From assembly GCA_019244185.1 (NCBI GenBank), contig JAFATB010000017.1, positions 1 through 37,864 on the forward strand: DNA of 37,864 nt, written 5' to 3'. The notes beneath the pieces are model-generated. The model saw only the letters and a list, made by a program, of their open reading frames with translations, had not been told where the DNA came from and ran no database searches. Origin of the DNA: Acidobacteriota bacterium (GTDB lineage: Bacteria > Acidobacteriota > Thermoanaerobaculia > Gp7-AA8). A program made the translations under genes and the position numbers. Shown piece after piece: positions 1 through 7,311 of this stretch; the stretch's first letter is position 1, and the number at the start of each line of letters is the position of its first letter.

Positions 1-1
1 G

Positions 2-904
2 ACTGTCTACGTCGAAAAGTACGTCCTCAACCCCCGTCACATCGAGATCCAGGTCATCGCGGACCAGCACGGGCAGACCGTGTACCTCGGCGAGCGCGAA
101 TGCTCGATCCAGAGGCGCCACCAGAAGATCATGGAAGAGACCCCGTCGCCGGTCGTCACTCCGGAGATACGCGAGCGCATGGGCACCGCCGCAGTGCGCG
201 CTGTCGAGGCCGCGGGATACGTGAACGCGGGAACCGTCGAGTTCATCTTCAGCGAGGGCGACTTCTATTTCCTCGAGGTCAACGCCCGCCTGCAGGTCGA
301 GCATCCGATCACCGAGCAGGTGACGGGCGTCGATCTCGTGCGCGCGCAGCTCGACGTCGCGTCGGGCAAGCCGCTGCCGTGGACGCAGGACGCGCTGCGG
401 CAGCGCGGACACGCGATCGAAGTGCGCGTGTATGCCGAGGATCCCGACGATCGCTTTCTGCCCCAGAGCGGAACGATCGCGGTGTACTCGGAGCCGACCG
501 GTCCGGGCGTGCGCGTCGACGCGGGCGTCACGCGCGGCAGCGAGATCGGCGTGAAGTTCGATCCGATGCTGGCCAAGCTCGTGGCCACCGCGGAATCGCG
601 TGACGCCGCCATTGACCGGCTCGCACGTGCGCTCCGCGACTACGTGATCCTCGGGACGAAGACGAACGTCTCGTGGCTGCGCCGCGTCATCACGCATCCG
701 GCGTTCCGCGAAGGTTTGGTCAGCACGCGCTTTCTCGAGGAGCACGCCGAGTCGCTCGCGCCGCGCGTGGGCGAGGTCGTACCGCGCATCGCCGCCGCGA
801 TCGCGTCGGCGCCGCGCAAACGCGCCGAAGTTGCGTCGTCATCCGACGGGCCGCGGCTTGCCAGCGTCTGGGACGAGCTCGGCATGTGGGGCCGCGCCAC
901 GTAA
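2..904 (+). CDS. Biotin carboxylase (acyl-CoA carboxylase alpha subunit), 5'-truncated by the window edge
   Basis: Frame is open from base 2 (TVYVEKYVLNPRHIEIQV). Motifs ERECSIQRRHQK, FYFLEVNARLQVEHPITE, RVYAEDP and FDPMLAKL are present. No C-terminal biotinyl (MKM) domain. Confidence 0.95.
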   Translation, partial: TVYVEKYVLNPRHIEIQVIADQHGQTVYLGERECSIQRRHQKIMEETPSPVVTPEIRERMGTAAVRAVEAAGYVNAGTVEFIFSEGDFYFLEVNARLQVEHPITEQVTGVDLVRAQLDVASGKPLPWTQDALRQRGHAIEVRVYAEDPDDRFLPQSGTIAVYSEPTGPGVRVDAGVTRGSEIGVKFDPMLAKLVATAESRDAAIDRLARALRDYVILGTKTNVSWLRRVITHPAFREGLVSTRFLEEHAESLAPRVGEVVPRIAAAIASAPRKRAEVASSSDGPRLASVWDELGMWGRAT

Positions 905-971
905 TTTTCGTCGTCGAGCCCGCTAATTCTGGCAAACCTCGCGCAAACACACTGGACCGGAGGACCATGTG

Positions 972-1907
972 ATGAAACATGCACTTGTTGCGGCCCTGGC
1001 AGTGTTCCTCGCCACGGCTGCATCCGCACAGAACACGGTTCGTTGCGAGTCGACGAACAACAAGTACCACGAATGCCGGACCACCGGCTGGGATGCCGGA
1101 CGCGTCGTCATCGCGCATCAGATGAGCGACAACACCTGCGTCGAAGGGAAGACGTGGGGCACGCGCAACGGAATGGTGTGGGTGAGCGGCGGCTGCCGCG
1201 CCGACTTCGCGCTGGCGTCGTCGTCGTCGACGTGGAACGGCAGATCCGGCTCGACCATCACCTGCGAGTCGATCAACAACATCCGCCACACCTGCAACGC
1301 TGACGTCACCGGCGGCGTGACGCTCGCGCGGCGCCTCAGCGCCGACGCCTGCGTGCGTGGACGCACGTGGGACGTGCGCTCCGACGGCCGCGGCATCTGG
1401 GTCGACAAAGGCTGCCGCGCCGAGTTCACGATCGGCGACACGGGCAGCCGCTGGCAGCATTCGGCCGCGCGCACGGTGATGTGCGAGTCGAAGAACAACG
1501 GCCGCACGCGCTGCAGCGCGGACACGTCGTACGGCGTGCAGCTCGCGCATCAGCTCAGCCAGAACGGCTGCAACATGGGCCGCGACTGGGGCTGGGACCA
1601 GAACGGCATCTGGGTCGATCACGGCTGCCGCGCCGAGTTCAGCGTCGGCGGCTATCACAACGGCATGCGCGGCAACGGCAACAACAACGGCTCGATGGCC
1701 TCGTCGTCGGGACAGCAGACGCTCGTCTGCGAGTCGCGTGACGGCCGCCGCAACTACTGCCGCGCGAACACCGGCTGGGGCGTGACGCTGCTGCGCCGCA
1801 CGAGCGATGCGGCGTGCGAGCGCGGACAGAGCTGGGGCTACGACGAGAACGGAGTCTGGGTCTCGAACGGCTGCCGCGGCGAGTTCCTGCTCGACGCGAA
1901 CCGGTAA
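972..1907 (+). CDS. Secreted DUF3011-type Cys-rich repeat protein (4 repeats)
   Basis: Signal peptide MKHALVAALAVFLATAASAQ. Four repeats of CES..C..V...LS...C..G..WG....WV..GCR.(E/D)F. SD GGAGG at 959-963; alternative GTG start at 969. Confidence 0.85.
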   Translation: MKHALVAALAVFLATAASAQNTVRCESTNNKYHECRTTGWDAGRVVIAHQMSDNTCVEGKTWGTRNGMVWVSGGCRADFALASSSSTWNGRSGSTITCESINNIRHTCNADVTGGVTLARRLSADACVRGRTWDVRSDGRGIWVDKGCRAEFTIGDTGSRWQHSAARTVMCESKNNGRTRCSADTSYGVQLAHQLSQNGCNMGRDWGWDQNGIWVDHGCRAEFSVGGYHNGMRGNGNNNGSMASSSGQQTLVCESRDGRRNYCRANTGWGVTLLRRTSDAACERGQSWGYDENGVWVSNGCRGEFLLDANR

Positions 1908-1928
1908 ACGACTTCTTCCGATCTCACG

Positions 1929-1970
1929 CGAAAGCCGGCGCTGCCCACGGGCGCGCCGGCTTTCGTTTTT
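1929..1970 (+). terminator. Rho-independent terminator between convergent genes, possibly bidirectional
   Basis: Perfect 13-bp stem CGAAAGCCGGCGC (1929-1941) / GCGCCGGCTTTCG (1953-1965), followed by TTTTT. Confidence 0.85.
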
Positions 1971-3024
1971 ACATGAGGCGGCGGCAGCGCCAGTGCAGGT
2001 AATGCACGAGCGCCCAGAAGCGTTTGAACGCGGGATTTCCCGTCTGCCCGTTGAGGTATCGATAGTAGATCTGCTGCGCGATCACCGACACGCGGAAGAG
2101 GCCGAAGACTTCGTAGAACGGCCAGTGCTCGAGCGTGAAGCCCATCTGCGCGCAGTAATACGACACGACTTCCTTGCGCGTGAGCATGCCTTCGATGTTC
2201 GTCGGCTGGCGGCGCGTGCTGCGGGCGACGACGTCGTCGTCCGCCTCGACCCAATACGCGATCGTGTTGCCGAGGTCCATCAGCGGATCGCCGAGCGTGG
2301 CCAGCTCCCAGTCGAGGACGCCGATGATGCGCGTGGGCCGCTCGCGATGCAGCACGACGTTGTCGAAGCGAAAATCGTTGTGCGTGATGCAGATGCTTTC
2401 GACCGGCGGCACGTTGCGCTCGAGCCAGCGCATGATGCGGTTGCCGCGCGGCACGTTCCATGTCCTCGCGTTCTTGTAGCGCTGGTTCCAGCCGTCGACC
2501 TGCCGCCGCACGTAACCCGCGCCTTTGCCGAGGTGCTCGAGACCGGCGGCGACGAAATCGACGCGGTGCAGCGCGATGAGCGTGTCGAGGAAGTTGAAGC
2601 AGAGCGAGCGCACGAGCTCGGGCGGCATCTCCACGCCGAGCTCGCGTCGCGGAATGATGCCGTCGATGCGGCGCATGACGTAGAACTCGGTGCCGATCAC
2701 CGACTCGTCCGCGCAGTGCGCGACCATCTCCGGCACGTACGGAAACACCGGCGCGAGCGCCTGCTGCAGGCGGTACTCGCGTCCCATGTCGTGCGCCGAT
2801 TTCGCCTTCGTGCCCGCCGGCGCGCGGCGCAGCACGAAATCGTGCGCGTCGTCGTAGTGCAGGCGATACGTCCAGTTCGACGCGCCGCCGGCGAACTGCG
2901 TCACGCGCGGCGTGCCTTCGAGGTCGGGCAGCTGCGACTTGAGCCACGCGTCGACGGCGTCGACGTTCAGCTCTTCGCCGGGGCGGATGGGACCTTCGTC
3001 GATTTCGATTTCCAGTTCGCTCAT
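1969..3024 (-). CDS. Phosphotransferase family protein (APH-like; ACAD10/11 kinase-domain / LvaA-like)
   Basis: Start MSELEIEIDEG overlaps the upstream stop (ATGA, 3021-3024). Motifs QFAGGASNWTY, LRRAP, AHDMGREY, HNDFRFDN and VLDWELATLGDPLMDL. Confidence 0.9.
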   Translation of the reverse strand: MSELEIEIDEGPIRPGEELNVDAVDAWLKSQLPDLEGTPRVTQFAGGASNWTYRLHYDDAHDFVLRRAPAGTKAKSAHDMGREYRLQQALAPVFPYVPEMVAHCADESVIGTEFYVMRRIDGIIPRRELGVEMPPELVRSLCFNFLDTLIALHRVDFVAAGLEHLGKGAGYVRRQVDGWNQRYKNARTWNVPRGNRIMRWLERNVPPVESICITHNDFRFDNVVLHRERPTRIIGVLDWELATLGDPLMDLGNTIAYWVEADDDVVARSTRRQPTNIEGMLTRKEVVSYYCAQMGFTLEHWPFYEVFGLFRVSVIAQQIYYRYLNGQTGNPAFKRFWALVHYLHWRCRRLM

Positions 3025-4223
3025 GGCTGATGTTTCCGCAGCTCGTGGCGCGCGATGACGCCGAGGTGCACGGCGTCGGGACCGTCGGCAATGCGCAGCG
3101 CGCGCGCCATCGCGAAGAGAGTCGTCAGCGGCACGTCGTGCGACATGCCCGCGCCGCCGAAGAGCTGGATCGCCTCGTCGGCGACGCGCTGCAGCACGTT
3201 CGGCGCGACGACTTTGATCGCGGAGATCTCGCTCATCGACGCGGCGGCGCCCGCGGTGTCGATGCGCCACGCGGCGTGCAGCGTGAGCAGGCGCGCCTGA
3301 TCGATGGCGATGCGCAGCTCCGCGATGCGCTCGCGGTTGCCGCCGAGGTCGAGGAGCGGCTTGCCGAAGGCGACGCGCGCGAGACCGCGTTCGATCATCA
3401 GCGAGAGCGCGCGTTCCGCGGCACCGATTGCGCGCATGCAGTGATGGATGCGTCCGGGACCGAGACGGCTCTGCGCGATCTCGAAGCCGCGGCCGAGCCC
3501 CGCGATGAGGTTCGCCTTCGGCACGCGCACGTTGGTGAACGTGACCTCGCCGTGGCCGTATGGCTCGTCGTAGTCGCCGAACGCGGGGAGCATGCGCTCG
3601 ATGTGCACGCCAGGAGTATCGAGCGGCACGAGCACCATGCTGTGCTGACGATGGCGATCGCCGTCGGGATTGGAGATGCCCATGAAGATGGCGACCTTCG
3701 CGCGCGGATGTCCGAGTCCGGTCGTCCACCACTTGCGGCCGTCGAGGACGAGCGTGTCGCCGTCGTCGCGGATCGTCGCGCGCAGGTTCGTGGCATCGCT
3801 CGACGCGACGTCGGGCTCGGTCATGCAGAACACGGAACGGATCTCGCCCGCGAGCAGCGGCTGCAGCCAGCCTTCTTTCTGTTCGGCCGTTCCAAAGTGG
3901 GCGAGCACTTCCATGTTGCCGCTGTCCGGCGCGTTGCAGTTGAAGATCTCCGGCGCGAGCAAACTCCAGCCCATCGCCTCGGCCACCACGGCGTAATCGA
4001 GGGCAGGCAACTCGAGGAAGAAGTTCCACAGTCCCGCGTCGCGTGCTTTCGCCTTCAGCGCCTCGACGCGCGGCGAGACGCGCCACTGCGTCCAGTCGCC
4101 GCCGCGATGGGCGGCGTGCAGCTCGCGCACGTGTTCGTCTTCGACGGCAGCAATCTCGTTGGCGATGAAATGCCGGACGCGCTCGGCGAGCTCACGGGCG
4201 CGCGGCGACGGCGTGAAATCCAT
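3021..4223 (-). CDS. Acyl-CoA dehydrogenase (ACAD10/11-like subfamily)
   Basis: Motifs FNCNAPDSGNMEVL, FCMTEPDVASSDATN, GRKWWTTG, RLGPGRIHHCMR and RIADGPDAVH. Confidence 0.95.
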   Translation of the reverse strand: MDFTPSPRARELAERVRHFIANEIAAVEDEHVRELHAAHRGGDWTQWRVSPRVEALKAKARDAGLWNFFLELPALDYAVVAEAMGWSLLAPEIFNCNAPDSGNMEVLAHFGTAEQKEGWLQPLLAGEIRSVFCMTEPDVASSDATNLRATIRDDGDTLVLDGRKWWTTGLGHPRAKVAIFMGISNPDGDRHRQHSMVLVPLDTPGVHIERMLPAFGDYDEPYGHGEVTFTNVRVPKANLIAGLGRGFEIAQSRLGPGRIHHCMRAIGAAERALSLMIERGLARVAFGKPLLDLGGNRERIAELRIAIDQARLLTLHAAWRIDTAGAAASMSEISAIKVVAPNVLQRVADEAIQLFGGAGMSHDVPLTTLFAMARALRIADGPDAVHLGVIARHELRKHQP

Positions 4224-4229
4224 GCGCGC

Positions 4230-4976
4230 TCAGAATAGCTTCGTCACGGCGCGCAGCGGGAGCCGCTTCATCAGAAACGCGATCGCGCTCCACGGCCACG
4301 CGGGGACGAACGCCTGCGTTTTCTCCGCCTCGATGGCGCGCACGAGCGCGCGGACGCCTACGTCGGTGTCGACCATGAACGGCGCGTGCTTCACGCGCTC
4401 GTTCATCTCGGAGCGGATGTAGCCGGGGAACATCGTGCTGACAACGATCGGCATGTTCAGCAGATCCGCGCGGATGCCCTCGGTGAGCGCGGCCAGTCCG
4501 GCCTTCGTCGCCGCGTACGTCGTCAGCGGACCGCGCAGGCCGCGCATCGCGCTGACGGACGCGATGGTGACGAGATGTCCCGCGTTCTGCGCGCGGAAGA
4601 TCTCCAGCGCGGCCTCGCACTGCGCGAGCGCGGCGACGAAGTTCGTCATCGCCGTCTGCTTGTTCGCGTAGAAATAGCCGGTGCCGAGAGGCGCGCCTTT
4701 GCCGAGACCGGCATTGACGATGATGCGGTCGAGCGTGCCGAAGTCGTCGCGGAACGCGCGGAAGACCGCGAACACCTGCTCGTGATCGTTGACGTCGAGC
4801 GCGCGGAGCTCGATGCGCACATTCGGATGCGCGGCGTGCAGCTCGTCGCGTAGCGACTCGAGACGGTCGACGCGTCGCGCGCAGAGTGCGAGACTGCGGC
4901 CGCGCGCGGCGAAGGCGCGCGCCATGCCCGCGCCGAGGCCGGAGCTCGCGCCGGTGATGAGGATGTTCTGCCGCAT
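4230..4976 (-). CDS. Short-chain dehydrogenase/reductase (SDR)
   Basis: MRQNILITGASSGLG (TGxxxGxG), VNAG, and catalytic YAATK. Start placed at the internal ATG at 4976. Confidence 0.92.
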   Translation of the reverse strand: MRQNILITGASSGLGAGMARAFAARGRSLALCARRVDRLESLRDELHAAHPNVRIELRALDVNDHEQVFAVFRAFRDDFGTLDRIIVNAGLGKGAPLGTGYFYANKQTAMTNFVAALAQCEAALEIFRAQNAGHLVTIASVSAMRGLRGPLTTYAATKAGLAALTEGIRADLLNMPIVVSTMFPGYIRSEMNERVKHAPFMVDTDVGVRALVRAIEAEKTQAFVPAWPWSAIAFLMKRLPLRAVTKLF

Positions 4977-5019
4977 CGCGCGCCGATGGTACTCTGAGGT
5001 CGTGGAAGGAGGACGACGG

Positions 5020-5592
5020 ATGAACAAACGAATTGCGGCTTTCGGTCTTGCCGTCGCGCTGCTTCTCGGCAGTTCCGCCCTTGCCGACAGCCGGAGCTCC
5101 CGACCGGTGCACGGCCGTCCGTATTACGCGCACGGCCCGGTCTCGCGCATCAACCGCGACCGCGGCGGCTATCGCGTCTGGATCGGCAACGTCGGCGATC
5201 CGTTCCTCGTCTCGCCGCGCTATTTCGCGCGGAACCGCTTCCGCGTCGGCGACACCGTCACCATCGGCGGCGTGTACGACCGCCGCGGCTACTACGTGTA
5301 CGCGCCACGCTACGACGCCTTCCGCTACGACGACGCGCGCGGCTACGACGGCGCGAACGGCGACGGCCTTGCCTACTCCGCGGCCACGCTGCGCGGCGTC
5401 ATCGACAGCGTCGACCTCGATCGCGGTACGTTCGTGCTGCGCAACGATCTCACCGGCAGCCTGATCACGGTCGGCTTCGGCGAGGTGCGCACGGAACTGC
5501 GCGCGGGCGATCACGTGGAGCTCGACGGCAACTGGCGCCGCACGGGGCTCTTCGACGCGCACGCCGTGGCGTTCGTGGAAGACGAGCGCTAA
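5020..5592 (+). CDS. Secreted hypothetical protein with two OB-fold-like (DUF5666-like) repeats
   Basis: SD AAGGAGG at 5006-5012. Signal peptide MNKRIAAFGLAVALLLGSSALA. Two similar segments, GPVSRINRDRG...FRVGDTVTIGG and GVIDSVDLDRG...LRAGDHVELDG. Confidence 0.7.
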   Translation: MNKRIAAFGLAVALLLGSSALADSRSSRPVHGRPYYAHGPVSRINRDRGGYRVWIGNVGDPFLVSPRYFARNRFRVGDTVTIGGVYDRRGYYVYAPRYDAFRYDDARGYDGANGDGLAYSAATLRGVIDSVDLDRGTFVLRNDLTGSLITVGFGEVRTELRAGDHVELDGNWRRTGLFDAHAVAFVEDER

Positions 5593-5647
5593 GCGAAGCG
5601 ATCTGCTAGTTGAAGCGCCCCATCTGCTACGCGAAGCGGCCCATTTG
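5589..5647 (-). repeat. Three imperfect tandem copies of the last 7 codons of the pirin gene
   Basis: On the minus strand: CAAATGGGCCGCTTCGCGTAG (5647-5627), CAGATGGGGCGCTTCAACTAG (5626-5606; 16/21 identical) and CAGATCGCTTCGCTTAG (5605-5589; 4-nt deletion). Confidence 0.75.
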
Positions 5648-6472
5648 ATAATCCAGCATCGCCTGATAGATCTCTTCGTGCGAGTTCATGACGAACGGTC
5701 CGTGCGCGACGACGCGCTCGCCGAACGGCGTCGCGTGGCCGAAGAGAATCCGTGAGTCCTGCGTCGCCTCGACCTCGATCGTGTCGCCGTCGTCGTTGAA
5801 CTCGACGAGCTGCATCGCCGGTAGCGTCGTCGTCGACGCGCGCAACTCGCCGCGCACGACGTAGAAGAAGACGTTCTCTCCGTGCGGCGCCGGCAACGAC
5901 ACGCGGCTGCCGGCGTCCATCGCGATCGTCGTCATGGTGATGTCGGTCAGCGTCTCGACGGGACCGCGCGTGCCGTCCCACGTTCCCGCGATGACGCTCA
6001 CGCGCACGCCATCCGCCGCCGTCGCGGCCGGAATCTCGTCCGCCTGCAAGCCGATGTAGCGCGGCGCCGTCATCTTGAGGCGGGCGGGCAGATTGACCCA
6101 CAGCTGCAGGATCTCCAGCGGTCCGCCGTCACGCAGGAACTCCTCGGGGGAGAGCTCCGCGTGCACGACGCCGCGCCCCGCCGTCATCCACTGCACGCCG
6201 CCGTCGCGAATGACGCTCTCGTGTCCCGCGCTGTCGCGATGCGCGAGCGAGCCTTCGACGATGAACGTCACGGTCTCGAAGCCGCGGTGCGGATGCGGCC
6301 CGAACGGCAGCCCGCGATTGTTGCGGCCGTAGACCTGCGGCCCGTGATGATTGAGGAAGAGGAACGGGTCGATCTGCTCGAGCCGGCCGTTCGGCAGCGG
6401 GCGTTGCGTACGGAGGTCGCCGATGTCGTCGGAGACCGCGGGATGGAGGTGGCGAATGCTGCGTACAGTCAT
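5627..6472 (-). CDS. Pirin family protein
   Basis: Motifs DPFLFLNH, FGPHPHRGFETVT, HRDSAG, VQWMTAGRGVVHAE, QLWVNLP and GPFVMN. Confidence 0.95.
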   Translation of the reverse strand: MTVRSIRHLHPAVSDDIGDLRTQRPLPNGRLEQIDPFLFLNHHGPQVYGRNNRGLPFGPHPHRGFETVTFIVEGSLAHRDSAGHESVIRDGGVQWMTAGRGVVHAELSPEEFLRDGGPLEILQLWVNLPARLKMTAPRYIGLQADEIPAATAADGVRVSVIAGTWDGTRGPVETLTDITMTTIAMDAGSRVSLPAPHGENVFFYVVRGELRASTTTLPAMQLVEFNDDGDTIEVEATQDSRILFGHATPFGERVVAHGPFVMNSHEEIYQAMLDYQMGRFA

Positions 6473-6512
6473 GATTTCAAATCAGGCGAGGAACGGCTGA
6501 GCTTGCACGGTC

Positions 6513-6521
6513 TGCTATTCT
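6513..6521 (+). promoter_or_regulatory. Putative extended -10 promoter element for the YkuD_2 gene
   Basis: TGcTATTCT (TGn-TAnnnT), about 40 nt upstream of ATG 6561. Confidence 0.35.
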
Positions 6522-6560
6522 GATCCGCAAGTCGTCAGTCCAACTCCGAACGGTTTCTCA

Positions 6561-7280
6561 ATGAAGCGAATTCTCCTGGCCCTCGTCCCGGTCCTGTTGT
6601 GGTTCAGCCCGGCGGTGCGCGCGGATGCGCCACCATGCAACGCCGGCGCATCCGAGTCGCTCGTCGGCGCGCTGCTGCGGCAGGCGCCCGGCCTCAAAGC
6701 CGACGTGCTCCGCCTCGCGCTCAACGCTTCGCGCTGCGCCGACGAGCGCGGCCTCGTGCGACGCCACGATCTGCTCACCGTCATCGACTACTCGCTGCCG
6801 TCTGACAAGCCGCGCCTCTTCGTCTTCAATCTCGATGCGAGGAAGCTGCTTTTCCGCGAGCTCGTCGCGCACGGCAAGAACAGCGGCGGCAACCTCGCCA
6901 GCTTCTTCTCGAACAGCCCCGGCAGCCTCGCCACGAGCATCGGCCTCTTCGTCACCGCCGACACGTACATCGGCGGCAACGGCTATTCGCTGCGCCTGCG
7001 CGGACTCGAAGAAGGCGTGAACGACATGGCGTGGGACCGCGCAATCGTGATGCACGGCGCCTCGTATGTCAGCCGCGCCGCGATCGCAGCCCTCGGCCGT
7101 CTCGGCCGCAGTTGGGGCTGCCCCGCGGTGCGCGCGGAGATGGCGCACAAGATCATCGACACCGTGAAGGGCGGCAGCCCGATCTTCGCGTATTACCCCG
7201 ACCGCGACTGGCTCCGTCACTCCGCGTTCTTCGGCCACACGAACAGCGGCGCCACGGCGATGGCGTCCGCGCGGCGGTGA
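6561..7280 (+). CDS. Murein L,D-transpeptidase catalytic-domain family protein (YkuD_2-type), secreted
   Basis: Signal peptide. Motifs VIDYSLPS..PRLFV, VAHGKNSG, FSN.PGS..TSIG, GYSLRLRGLE.G.ND, IVMHGA.YV and GRSWGCPAV (catalytic His and Cys intact). Confidence 0.92.
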   Translation: MKRILLALVPVLLWFSPAVRADAPPCNAGASESLVGALLRQAPGLKADVLRLALNASRCADERGLVRRHDLLTVIDYSLPSDKPRLFVFNLDARKLLFRELVAHGKNSGGNLASFFSNSPGSLATSIGLFVTADTYIGGNGYSLRLRGLEEGVNDMAWDRAIVMHGASYVSRAAIAALGRLGRSWGCPAVRAEMAHKIIDTVKGGSPIFAYYPDRDWLRHSAFFGHTNSGATAMASARR

Positions 7281-7311
7281 CCCGGCGCGGGACGCGCATG
7301 GCAGTTCGTCG

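Noticed and set aside
925-965. GGCAAACC...GCGCAAA resembling the start of a c-di-GMP-I (GEMM) riboswitch
   Set aside because: The P2 hairpin with a GNRA loop and the P3 stem are missing, and the intergenic space is too short.
1969-4086. 705-aa ORF suggesting an ACAD10/11-like kinase-dehydrogenase fusion
   Set aside because: The N-terminal half is an Arg/Ala-rich off-frame reading of the ACAD gene. The kinase has its own ATG at 3024 overlapping the ACAD stop, and no slippery site was seen.
7262-7300. GC-rich hairpin spanning the YkuD_2 stop codon
   Set aside because: There is no U-tract, and such pairing is expected by chance at this GC content.
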